A DNA stretch of 64,000 nucleotides, from NCBI GenBank assembly GCA_965207445.1, contig CBDBLX010000002.1, positions 1,911,849 to 1,975,848 on the forward strand, written 5' to 3'. Shown piece after piece: positions 36,501-48,712 of the stretch (positions within the stretch are counted from its first letter, which is position 1; every line of letters starts with the position of its first letter). A model generated the notes under the pieces. That model was not told the DNA's origin. It searched no databases and saw only the letters and a list, made by a program, of their open reading frames with translations. This stretch comes from Nitrosopumilus sp. GTDB taxonomy: Archaea > Thermoproteota > Nitrososphaeria > Nitrososphaerales > Nitrosopumilaceae. The translations under genes and the position numbers were made by a program.

Positions 36501-39500
36501 CCGGGCGTCCAGGATAACGTGCTGCCTGATATTACCGGTACATCATCATCATCATCATCAGCAACGGTGTCTGTTACATTGTGCGATACGATGGTAAATG
36601 TGACGGGCTCGTCTGCTTCCAAGGTGTGGGTGCCCTCAACGTGCTCAGTAAATGACAGAGAGGCAGCAGAAGATGTGATAGTCGGCGGGGTGATATCGGC
36701 CGTGGCAAGAGGGGTGGCAGATATCGTATCAGATGCAGGGCCCGTGCCTGCCACGTTTGTGGCGTTTATACGGAACATATATAACTGATCATTTGTCAGG
36801 TTTAAGACGGTAGCATCAGTGTCATTAGATATGCCGTCGTCAAATGTAATCCACGTTGTACCCGCATCTAAACTGTACTGTATAATATAATCAGTTATTG
36901 TAGAGCCACCGTCATCTGTGGGCGGTATCCACGTCAGTTTGACCTTTTCATTGCCGATATCGACAGACAAATCTGTGGGCGCGCCCGGCAAACCGCGCGG
37001 TGTTGAAGATATCACATCAGAGGCGGGGCCCGTGCCGATCACGTTTGTGGCATTTATGCGAAACAGGTGTTCGAGTTTGTTTGTCAAGCCCACGACTATA
37101 ACATAGGTGTCATCAGAGGTGCCGTCGGCAAATGTACGCCACGTAGTGCCGGCGTCTGAACTGTACTGTATAATGTAATCAGTTATTGTAAAGCCGCCGT
37201 CATGTATGGGCGGCATCCACGTCAATACGACGCGCTCGTTGCCCGGGATGGCGGCAAGCGAGGTCGGGGGGCCCGGAGCGCTGCGCGGGATGGCAGATGC
37301 CACATTAGAGGCAGGGCCCGTGCCTGCCACGTTTGTGGCGTTGACGCGAAACTCGTACGGTATACCGTTTGTCAGATTTGAGACGATAGTAGAGGTGGCG
37401 GGGCCCATGTCATCATCAAATGTAATCCACGTTGTGCCGGCGTCTGAACTGTACTGTATAGTATAATCAGTTATTGTAAAGCCGCCGTCATCTGTGGGCG
37501 CTGCCCATCTCAGTGTGACCCGCTCGTTGCCCGGGGTGGCGGCAAGCGAGGTCGGGGCGCCCGGAGCGCCACGCGGGACGGCAGATGCCACATTAGAGGC
37601 AGGGCCCGTGCCTGCCTCATTTACGGCTTTGATGCGAAATTCGTACGGTAGACTGTTTGTCAGATTTGAGACGGTGACAGTAGTGTCACTAGATATGTCA
37701 TCTACAAATACATCCCACAGAGCGGCGCTGCTCAGCTTGTACTCTACGGCATAATCCGTAATTGAAGATCCCCCGTCGTCTGTAGGTGCAGTCCACGTCA
37801 GTCTGGCGTGCGCGTCGCCGGCGACTGCAGATAGTCCCACAGGGGCAGCCGGGACCGTACGCGGCGTGGCAGATACCGTATCAGAGGCGGGGCCCGTGCC
37901 TGCCACGTTTGTGGCGTTTATGCGAAATTGGTATTCCTGCCTGTTTACCAGGCCCGTGACGTTTGCAAATGTGGCATCTGTAGGGTCGTCTGGATACAGG
38001 TTCCACGTAGAGCCGCCGTCATCACTGTATTCGATGGTATAGTCAATGACACGTGAGCCGCCGTTGTTTAAAGGCGCGCTCCACTCTAGCTCAACGTACG
38101 TATAGTCCGCAGTAGCAGTCAGCATTCTCGGGGCGTCTGGAATCGTCGCCATAGCGGCAACATCAGGTGCTTTAGATATTACATCAGATGCGGGGCCCGT
38201 GCCTGCCACGTTTGTTGCGTTTACACGAAATTCATATAAAACTCCGTTTGTGAGCTTTAAGACTGTGGCTTTGGTAAATGTGCTGATGCCATCATTAAAC
38301 AAGATCCACGTCGTGGCGTTGACTATTCTGTACTCTATGGTATAGTCAGTTATTGCAGATCCGCCGTCATCGCCACCACCATCAGCCCACATCAAGTCCA
38401 CCTGCCCGTTGCCTGCAGTAGCAGTCAGTCCAGTGGGCGCGCCCGGAGCGCCGCGCGGGGTGGCAGATGCCACATTAGAGGCAGGGCCCGTGCCTGCCTC
38501 ATTTGTGGCGTTGACGCGAAACTGGTACAGTATGCCGTTTGTCAGGCCCGTGACGGTTCCAGCGGGGAGGTCGCCGCTGCTCGGAAATATGTTCCATGTG
38601 GCTCCGCCGTCGTTGCTGCGCTCTATGACATAGTCAAAAATCACAGAGCCGCCGTCGTCACCAGCAGTCCACATCAGGTCCACTCGCCTGTCGCCTGCAG
38701 TAGCAGTCAGTTCGGTGGGTGCGTCAGGGAGTGTATGCGGGGTGGCAGATACCGTATCAGAGGCTGGGCCCGTGCCTGCCACACTTGTGGCGTTGACGCG
38801 AAACTCATACTGTATACCGTTTGTCAGGCCCGTGATGGTGGCAGTGGTGCCATCAAAGGGGCCACCAGTCAGATACTCTGACCATGCGCCACCAATCGGC
38901 CTGTACTCTAATGTATACTCAATAATGTCGGATGCTCCGGCGCCCATAGGTGCGCTCCACGCCAGCTCAACTTGCGCGTCTTCTGCAGTGACAGTCAGTT
39001 CTGTGGGCGCTCCGGGAATCATAGTCGGGGTGGCAGATGCCACATTAGATGCGGGGCCCGTGCCTGCCACATTTGTGGCGTTTACGCGAAACTCGTACGG
39101 TATACCGTTTGTCAGGTTTGATATAATGGTGTTAAGGCCGGCGCCGGCGCTCAGAAAAGTGTCCCATGCAGAGCCGCCGACTCTGCGATATTCTACAGTA
39201 TAATCAGTGATCGTAGAGCCGCCGTTGTCCTCAGGCGGATTCCATACGAGCTCAACTCTAGTGTCGCCCAGCAGGGCTCTCAGTTCCATGGGTGCGCCCG
39301 GAGTGCCGCGCGGGGTAGCAGATGCCACATTAGATGCGGGGCCCGTGCCTGCCACATTTGTGGCGTTGACGCGAAACTGGTACAGTATGCCGTTTGTCAG
39401 GCCCGTGACGGTAGTGTCAGTGCCGGCGCCTGCCACAGGGTGGGCGCGCCACGTGGCGCCCGCATTTGAGCTATATTCTACTATATAACCTGTTATTGCA

Positions 39501-42500
39501 GAGCCACCATCGTCACTACTAGCAGTCCACGACAGCTCAGCTTGCGCGTCTCCCGCAGTGACAGTCAATCCGGCAGGCGCGTCAGGTGTCGTGTATACCA
39601 TGACTGTCCGATGCACCTGCGGGGCCGAGTTGCCAGAGGCATCCTGACACGAGAACGTGACAGTATATGTCCCGGCAGTAGACGTATCAACAACGCCATC
39701 GCTACTGCTATCATCTGTTAATGTGGGGGCGTCATCAAAAGTATCAGTACATTCGGCACCCGAATCTGAATAGGCAGAGTCAGTTGGAATCAGGACTAGA
39801 GAGCTGCCCATCAGATTAATCACGGGCGCAGTCGTGTCGGCCACCAGGACGTACCTTATCACGCGGTCAGATCGCATGTCGTCGGAGTCAGTGCATATGT
39901 ATGAGACCTGGTATGTTCTGATTACATTTGGGTTGACTGCGTCACTACCCTCAACATCGGCAGGCTTGTCCGGATCTTTGTTATCCTCACACGTGGCGCC
40001 CTCCTCAGTGTACGTGCCCGTACCCGCCTCAACGCGGACAATTGACGATCCGCTGAGGATGACGACAGGCCTCAGAGTTTCATGTACGGTGATCTGTGCA
40101 TTCACAGAGTGGGTGCCACCCATGCCATCAGATACGCTGAACCGGATTATATGCTGCCCTATGTCGTCGTTGCCAGGCGTCCAGGTAAACGTGCTGCCCG
40201 TAATTGTACCGTTTGTGGCATTAGTAGAGTAGACTAGCACGTTGGCAGGAATGTCCTCGTCGCTTGCGTAAAGTGAGATTACACGCTCTTGGTCTACAGC
40301 TGCTGCCTGCTGTCCCGGACTGTCTATAACCGGGGGCCGGTTGACCTCGCGTGCAGTTACCTTGATTGTCTGATTGAGGCTTTCCCGGAAGAGATCCACT
40401 GCAGTGATAATCACGTCGTGTGTGTCACCGTGGCCGCCCTGAGATTCGGTGGCATTCCACACCAGCCGGCCGTCGTCTGATAGTGTGGGTAGCGGGCCGG
40501 TCCTGCCATTTTTGTTCTCTCCGGGGTCTGCAAGCGACAGATTGGCAAGTCTGTTGAGGGTGATGCGGTGCTGCAACTCGACATGCTCATCAACTGACGG
40601 TGTAGCAGACGATGTGAACGCTAGTTCGTTTCTGGAGGCCAAATTGCTAAAAAAGACCACCTCAAACGGCTTATCTGTCGCCTCGATCACGATTCCCGTC
40701 ACGTCTCGGAACGCTCCGCGCTCTACGCGAAGTACAACATCATCAAAGTCTCCGAGCTGCCACACCAGAGGCATCAATGACTCTGGTATGCGTATCTTGA
40801 TTGACAAAGAGTCAAAGTCTGTCACTATATCAAAGTTGTCAAATACGAGTTGCCCTCCAGTAGAGTTTGTAAATGACAGTAGCGTCAGGTCGATTTGTGA
40901 CACGTCGATTTTGTGTAAGAGCTCGTTTAGTGGGGGTCCGGCGTTCTCTTTAAAGTGTATCGTAAACGTCCCGTCCTGTACTATGTTGCCAAGCTCACGT
41001 ATCTCAGGCGCCATGGCAGTACGGCTGCCGACGTCGAGTTGTATCGTACTCTTTGCGATCGGGTTTCCTGCAAGATCTCTGAACGCGCCGCGCTCCACGC
41101 CTAGATATAACTCAGAGTCAGAGGAAAAGTCAAGGTTAAATATTTCAGTGGCCACGCTACTCGGGAGCTTTATGGCAACGTGTGCATCATCAGATGTCGT
41201 CACGAGTGTGCCGCGTGCGAGGCTTATCACGACGTGCGCAGAGTCCCCGGTTCCGTTTGATACGGACAGCCCGGCAAAGTCGGCCTCTGATACGTCTACT
41301 GTTTCATCAAAGTCAAGGAAGAGTGTTTGTGAACTTCTGTGCGCGTTTAATGCGGCGACTGTGAGGGATGGCGATTGTCCGTCATTAATGACGCTGATCG
41401 GCAGCGTCACGGCCGCTCCTGGCACGGCAGACGGGCTGACAAACGCCCCCTCCTGAACCCTGAGCAATATAATGTCCCCTAGGGCATCTATCTGTGAGAT
41501 CTGTGCAGGTGTAAGTGTGATTAAGACGCCCATACCACCACCCGTTGCTTGCGCCATCTCTGCGCCGCCAAGTGACACGTCCCGGCTCGTGTCATCTATA
41601 CTGTCGGTGACGGAGAGTTTTTCAAGGTTCGTCAACTCTGCAACGACTGCGTTGCTAAAGCTGACAAGCAGCGTGCGCACGGCGGGCGCCACGTTCATAG
41701 TGGCATTTGACGCATGGGGCGGCGGCGTGGTGATCTCTGCTGTGTCCAGTACGACGGAGGTTTTGTCCATAGGATTTCCTGACACGTCAGAAAACGTGCC
41801 CTCTGATGCTACCAAATACAACACGGACTGCCTCAGGTTCAATATGTCTCTGCGTTGCGTGTCGGTGATCTCCAACACCACGTCCTTGCCGTCAGATATA
41901 GTACGTATGGTGGAGTTGGCAAGCCCCACAGCAACCGTGCCATTGGAATCACCTGAGACTGCCAGTCCCCGTATTGCAGTAGCAGAGACGTCGACTGTTT
42001 CATCAAAGGAGATCAACAGAGTGCGTCCCTGTGTGTTTATGGTAGCGCCCGTAATTATAGGCGGGGCCGTGTCGTTGCGTATAATTATCGGGTTATTAAC
42101 GTCTTCTGCGCTCTCAATGCCATTTACAGTGATGACTGCGCCGGCATCCAAGTCGAGCTCAAGTGGGCGAGTCATATCAAGAACCTGTAGCCTCTGCTCT
42201 TCTGTCATCTCTATTACAAGGATTGGTCCGTCGTCTTGCGATGACGATACTGATGCCTCTGTCAACTGCACGCCGCCAGACGACGCGCCGCGCTCGCGTA
42301 TGTAAAACTTTGACGTGTCGACGTGATCAGCAGGCGTTGCATCAACTGCCACACTGAATGTAACACGGAGTTCTCGGCTGCCAGAGTCCAGATCAATGAC
42401 TGCCAGGTCAGCCTCTGTCGGCGTTATGTCCTCCACAGTTATCATAACAGACGCGTCCACCTTATTTTGCGCCATATCCGTAGCAGAGACCGTGACCGTG

Positions 42501-45500
42501 TGCGTGCCGGCCGCAAGTTGATGCGTGATGCTCATCTGGTTGTCATACTGTGGCAGTTCAGTGCCGTCTGCGCTCCAGGATATAGATGGTATCTCAATGT
42601 TGTCAGATATCTGGGCCTCAAACCGTATGGGCTGCAGCGAGTGGAATGAACCGTCGGCAGGCGATATGATGTCTACAGAAGGCAATATCCCGTCAACAGA
42701 TATAGTACTGGTAAACGCCAGCGGTCCGGACTTGCTAACAGGCGGCTGCGGGTTTATCTGCATTGTCAGCTCGGGGGGCGGGAGGTCAGGTAGTACGTCT
42801 CTGAATGGATGTGATGCTGCCTTTATGGCAGCACCGTCAGGAAACCTCAGCGAGTCAGCAGACACATAGTTGAGATCCATAGTATAGTCACCGTCTTGCA
42901 CCAAATATGAAAAGACGAGTTGCGCAGTACCGTTGCCACCATCATATCTGGCAGTTCGGTCAGCCGCGCCCGTCTCCAGATCTAGCACGGGTGTGCCCGT
43001 GACATGTACAGGCTCAGAAAAGTGAACATTAATGAACACCTGCCTGCCTGCGCCATACGTCTCCTCAGTCTGGGCGCCTGACACACCATAAGCAAGGATG
43101 TCTCTGTCCCAGAACAGCACGTACACGGCCCCCCTCGCGCCCACGGCAACCTCGGGGGCGCCGTCGCGGTCCAAGTCACCTATAACAGCAAAGGATAAGC
43201 CAAACTCGCGGACGTCATCGCCTATTGCATGCATCGCCCGGTTAATCTCATATGAGCCCTTTATACTCCCATCTGAGTTCAAAAGTAGCATGTGGACGGT
43301 ACCGGCGTTGTTCACACCATCTCTGTCTGCCCCAGGGGCCCCTACTGCGACATCCGGCGTCCCGTCGCCGTCCAGATCGCCCGCGGCCCCGACGGACAGT
43401 CCAAAGTCGTCGTTTGCCCGTATCGCCGGGGCATTTTCTGACGAGGCGTCTAGTTTTAGGACAGACTTTACAGATATCGTGCCGCCACCGCCACCACTGC
43501 GCTCAAGCAGTATTACATGCACGGCCTCATCGTACCCCGAGCTCACATTGTCGTGGTTAAAGGAGCTGTCCGAGGGATGCGATCCGGACACCAAATCTAT
43601 CATGCCATTACCGTCGATGTCACCGACGGCAGCAAGCGAGAATCCCAACCCTGCGCCGTCTGCGAGGTCAAAGCCGCGTGCGCTGTCGCGGTTTATCTCG
43701 GCCACGTGCTGCGCGCGCACCTGCTGGCCGCCTGACCCACGGTCCAGCGAAAGTATATGTATAGCGCCACTAGCACGGGGGCCGTCCCCGTTGGCTCCGA
43801 CTGCCACATAGACAGTCTTGTCAAAATCCAGGTCGCCCAGAACTGCCAGCGCGGACCCAAAGTTGTCGCTCACCCTTATGCGACCCTCCTGGCCCCGGAC
43901 GCTGGGATCAAGGCCTGCCAAATTCTGCGGGCCAAAAGAAGATGTATGGTTTACCGTGCCGTCTGGGTTTAGCAATCGCACCTGGATCTCTCCGCATGTG
44001 CCAGGATTGCATACGGGGTTACCAGCTTCCGGGACGCCCACCAATATATCCGTGGTGCCGTCACGGTTGATGTCTCCTATGTTGACAGCGGATCTTCCAA
44101 ACCCCGCAGAGTGAGTGGCTTGACCGACGCTGCTCTTGACTGTGCCGTTTGGGTTCATAAATGCGATGTGAAATCCAGAAGGCGTACGGTCAAAAATATT
44201 CCGAGTGCCGTACGATCCCACGGCAAGATCCGGGGTGCCGTCGCGGTTCAGGTCTCCTAGCCCAGCCACTGCCGTATTGTACACCGGAGCCCTTTTACAG
44301 ATATTTATGTCCAGGGAAAAGCATTCATACCCTCTATGATGTAGTATTCGGTGCACCTCAAACAGTTGTATCTCAGTGCTGTCGCCCAACTCTTCGCTGG
44401 GCCCCGGCTTTGGGGCATAAAGCGGGATCAAATGCACCACACCCAGTTTAGCGCCCGTATAATTGTACGTGGGCTCACTGACTACAAGGTCGGTCACACC
44501 GTCGCCGTTAAAGTCAGCGGCCGCTATCTCGGTGCCAAACCCGTCTCTCTGGTCCATTATCATGATGTGCTCTGTGTCGTTGTTGATTGTAATTGTGGAC
44601 TTTGGGACACCGTCGCCGCCGAGGTACACCAGATGTATCGAGTTGTCATCCACAGAGGTCGCTTCACCCGGAGCCCCCACGGCTATATCGTAGAATCCAT
44701 CGCCGTCCAGATCGCCCATTCCCGTCACAGAGCTGCCAAAGTTGGAACGAGAGGTCTGGCGCGGGCCAAACTCGTCGCTGCTAGTTATTTTGTGCAACAG
44801 GTTCAACGACGGGGAGCCGTTTGCATATCCTAGTGACAGTAAGAATACAGAGCCGTCCTTGCTTCCGTTGTGAGGTTCACCCGGTGCCCCTACTGCAATC
44901 TCCGTGGTGCCGTCGCCGTTGACATCACCCACGTTTGCAACTGACGTGCCAAATTTGATATCAGGTCCAGTAGTATCTCCACCCACCGATCTGTAGGTGA
45001 ACTTGTATGTAGATTTGATAGAGTTTGCGCTGTTCATTAAAATTACATGTATGGCGCCCTGATTTGCCACCGTCGAACCGAGCGGGTCATCAAAGTCATC
45101 ATTAGGGGTGCCCACCACCACATCAGGAACGCCGTTACCATCAATGTCGCCAGCAGACGCCACAGAGGCGCCAAATTCATCAAACTGTTCAAGGATGGGT
45201 CCTCCGTTCGCATTGTGTATCGCAAATGAGGACTTTAGTGTGCCGTTGCTGTGAAGCAGTACCACGTATACGGTGCCCGTATTAGGTCCACTATCGTCAT
45301 CTCCGGTAGCGCCCACCAGTATATCCATAACACCGTCGCCGTCCATGTCGCCGGCAGGTGCCACAGAGGTGCCAAAATAGTCATGTGAACCCCGGACCGG
45401 CTGCTTTTGGTCCAGTATGACTTGTACTGATTTTATAGCATACCCACCATCTTCCATCAGTATTATAAACACGGCGCCCTCGTTCTCATCACTACTGTCT

Positions 45501-47512
45501 TCAGTTGGGTCATAGTCCTTTGCCCCCACTGCAAAGTCAACGGCACCGTTGCCGTCTATGTCCCCTATGGATGCCACAGATGAGCCAAAGTCACTGCCCC
45601 TCTCAGTCGGAAAGAGAGAAGAGGACGTCACATTGATGGTAAACGTGCCGGCGGCAATAGGGGCGGCAATAGGGGCGGCAATAGGCACATATCTGGGCGG
45701 CGCGGTGTCTATTCCAAACTCCGAGAGTCCGACCTTGACTACATACGGAAGATCGCTGTCGGCCACAAGCACGTAATCACCAATAACTGCAATATCATAC
45801 GGGTCTCCGAACAGATCGAGTCCTGAGCCTTCATCTCCGAACTGCGAGATGAATAGTCCCGAGGGTGTAAACACCGACACCCGTTGGTTTGAGGAATCCA
45901 CGGCAAATACGCGCGATCCGTCAAATGCCATACCACGCACGGCGGCAAACTCACCTTGGCCGGTACCGCTACGACCAAACTCGGATATATAATCTCCAGA
46001 ATGATCAAACACCTGCACTATATCCCGGTCGCGGTCTGCCACGTAGATGTGCATATTGTTGACTGCAATGCCAGTGGGATTTCGGAACTGGCCGTTACCA
46101 AAGCCGTTGCCGCCGAACTTTGTGACAAAGGTGCCATTGGTGTAAAATATCTGAACATCGTTTCGCGTGATATCCGATACAAAGACATGCGTAGAGTTGG
46201 CAGCAATGCCAGTGGGGTTTCGGAACTGGCCGTTGACAGTACCGGTGCCGCCGAACTTTGTGACAAATGCCCCAGTGTCGGCTCGGAACACATGGATGAG
46301 ATCCCGCGCGTTGTCTGACACAAAGACAAACTCAGAGTTGGCCGCGATGGCAGTAGGGCTTCGGAACTGGCCATTTGCATTACCCTGACTGCCAAACTTT
46401 GAGAGATAGTTGCCGTTATAATCAAGTACTTGCACGTCCCGGCGCTGAGAATCCAGCACAAATATCTTCTCAGCATTGGCCGTAATTGAGCGTACAGTCT
46501 GGAACTGTCCATCGCCGCTACCCTTGATTATATCCCCGGCAAACGCATACGGATAATTGTTAAACACCCTGACCCTGTCGCCGCCCCCTGTATCTGCCAC
46601 AAAGGTGCGGAATTTGATAATTGTAATGCCAGTCGGATCGTGTAGTTGACTCGCGGTGCCGGCAGTATTGTTAAATGTGCGCACATATTTTCCGGACAGA
46701 TCAAATACCTGAACGTCGCCGCGGCCAGAGTCCATCACCATAATGTTCGCCGAGTCTACCTCGATGCCCGTGGGGTCTTGGAATTGGCCGTTAGCGGTGC
46801 CGGTGCTGCCAAAGCTCGAGAGATGTTTTCGCGTGTTGGCATCAAAGATGTGCACCATGTCGCCGGCGGTATCCGTCACAAAGACGTGAGTGGCGTTGGC
46901 CGCGACCGCGTGTGGATCGCGCAAGGAGGAGTGGGACAAAGTACCTGCCGATGATCGGATTTTATCTTCATTGTTGGTGGTTACGTCGAGTACCGTGACG
47001 TAGTCCCGTTGTGTGTCCGTCACAAAGATGTGCGTGCCGTTGGAGGCCATGCCTAGAACATCATTAAAGTAACCTCTCGGAGTCTCACCCGCCTTCTGTC
47101 CAATCTTTGGGTAAACGAACAGTTGTTTCCCTGAATGATCATATACTTCGAGCCGCTCATAAAGGACGAAATTGAAATTAAGTGCACTGTAGTCGGTCAT
47201 CACAAACACCTTATCGTGGGTGACTGTAAGGACTCGTGCTTGTGCAGAGACGTCAAACTCCGAGACGAGTGAATCGCGTTCGTCAAATATGAAGACTTTG
47301 CCGGTGGATTCTGTTTTGAGGGCATCTAGCACAAACACATGCGTTGAGTTGGAGTCAATATCCTGCAGGTTTTCAAAATTACGGACAAAGTTGTACTCAA
47401 ATGAGGATGCGTGCGCCTCATTACTACCACCACCACCACCACCAGTATCATCATACATTACAAACAGAGCAGACGTAATGATAATAACAGACATCATAAC
47501 TAAGAGACTCAT
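12537..47512 (-). CDS. Giant multidomain surface protein/adhesin (~11,658 aa after repairing two indels)
   Basis: The 4351-, 3918- and 3485-aa ORFs overlap and join mid-domain. Sister repeats reveal a 1-bp insertion at ~34531 and a 2-bp deletion at ~22867; the corrected 34,977 bp is exactly 11,659 codons. Domains: N-terminal hydrophobic segment, NHL repeats, FG-GAP, FN3, DUF5011-like and cadherin/Ig-like domains, and a Pro/Thr/Asp linker. Confidence 0.85.
15737..24354 (-). repeat. Coding tandem array: 11 near-identical 780-bp units (260 aa = 2 DUF5011-like Ig + 1 FN3)
   Basis: Units start at 15738, 16518, 17298 ... 22758, 23536 and 24316. The unit carrying the deletion is 778 bp. Confidence 0.97.
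24570..25900 (-). repeat. Internal duplication (Ig + NHL propeller block); partner copy at ~34970-36290
   Basis: Near-identical DNA and protein (TDRILVSDRDNKNVQIFSPDGSYLGKLRGHTF; GVAVNSTGHVFV). Boundaries are approximate. Confidence 0.85.
27560..33830 (-). repeat. Duplication of a ~2.9-kb block at ~3.39-kb spacing (Ig + NHL propellers + HYR/DUF5011 + FN3); third copy of the NHL core at ~45720-46900
   Basis: ACTCTATGGTATAATCAGTAATTACAG at 27561 and 30951. The peptide ITANAEKIFVLDSQRRDVQ occurs three times. Confidence 0.88.
33893..34770 (-). repeat. Three 288-bp tandem FN3 units
   Basis: CCCGTGCCTGCC at 33893, 34181, 34469 and 34758 (spacing 288, 288, 289). The 289 spacing marks the 1-bp insertion. 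Confidence 0.93.
43100..45600 (-). repeat. FG-GAP (integrin-alpha beta-propeller) repeat region of the giant protein
   Basis: About a dozen FG.SVA..GD(I/L/M/V)(D/N)GDG..D..VGA(P) motifs, in two clusters. Confidence 0.9.
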
Positions 47513-47642
47513 GACGCGCCTGACACAGTCCGATGTGTTGCCCAGTTCTAATCACCTTTTTCCCAACAGCATGCAAATATCCCACCAACTACATAGCATA
47601 ATATAGTCAGATGTATTACACATTTAGGTACACCTTCCATTT

Positions 47643-47655
47643 CCCCCCCCCCCCC
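47643..47655. repeat. C13 (G13 on the coding strand) homopolymer ~130 bp upstream of the giant gene
   Basis: 13 consecutive C in otherwise AT-rich intergenic DNA. Confidence 0.9.
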
Positions 47656-48066
47656 AACACACACATCCTATACAGACCAATTTGTTTAATAACATAAAAA
47701 GTCGTATATAAAATAACATTTCAATTTTTCTGTTTACTACAGATGTAAAATACATATAGTAAAATACTATACCCGAATTTTGCGAAAGTCGTATAATCAC
47801 CAACATAGTTGCTACCAAATTGTTTGTATTAATAAATACGCATAATTAACTGTCATGATTTTTAGATTCTCCAAAAGCACGAGCTCAGGTCAAATCAGAT
47901 ACATTGACATCCATACGTACCTGACCGCAAGACGTCAATAAGTGAAAAATAGAGTACAGTAATTCATAAATCATATACATACAAGTCACCGTATTGTACA
48001 ATGATGTACAATACACAAGAGTTTAATCATCAAAAACATGTAAACTTTAGAATTTGACTGATACAG

Positions 48067-48307
48067 TGGTAATACATCGAGGGTATGGCGGGTACCCATG
48101 TAGTATGGTTTCAGCGCGTGTCTCTTCGCTCTGGGGCATGGTAATACATCGGGGTTATGGGGTGTACCCATAGCTACAGAATGTGGTTGAAAAGGAGTGT
48201 GAACAGTTCAGTGTTATACTTGCAGAGTCACAGGTGATGATCTCTGCATGGACTCGGTGTGATCTGTATGGTAAACAGTTCAGTGCCATGCTGTAGAATC
48301 ACAGGTG
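48067..48307. repeat. Two pairs of imperfect 33-35-bp direct repeats, each with a 72-bp period
   Basis: TGGTAATACATCG..GTACCCAT at 48067 and 48139; AACAGTTCAGTG..TCACAGGTG at 48202 and 48274. Confidence 0.8.
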
Positions 48308-48712
48308 TGATCGAGATTCTAGAGGCATCCGGAGATATTTAGGGAAGTATTGTAGTAACAGTAACAGTAATAGTAGAATTTTGTAAAAACAAGACTTGAT
48401 CGATGTGTACAAACAGCGTGCAACAAGTATCAGTTCACTTGCAAACGCGGTTGATCGATGTTTATATGAACTTTTTATCTGAATTTAATATTTGAGGCTG
48501 AGAAAGTGTAAATTTTTAGTACTTTTTTGCGTGACTATGGCGGTAGTTTGGAATAGGGATACAGTTAGAGTTAGGATCAAAAAGACAAACGGGGTGGTTC
48601 ACCTTGAAGAAATTGTACTGTACGCCAAAAATGATAGTTTGATTTGGCATCAAAACACAAACAGATGTAGAGTGTTTGTATATATGATGTGTAATGTGCA
48701 GAGTCTGGCAAT

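Noticed and set aside
15737..46900. Diversity-generating retroelement (TR/VR pair)
   Set aside because: No reverse transcriptase in the window. All repeat copies are in-frame coding, and differences are not obviously adenine-specific.
12537..47512. Three separate giant genes, or programmed frameshifting
   Set aside because: Junctions fall mid-FN3 domain and match simple indels relative to sister repeats. No slippery sequence is evident, and the downstream ORFs lack signal peptides.
12578..47606. Numerous plus-strand ORFs (60-335 aa), many repeating every 780 bp
   Set aside because: Antisense shadows of the giant minus-strand gene, with no independent domain signal.
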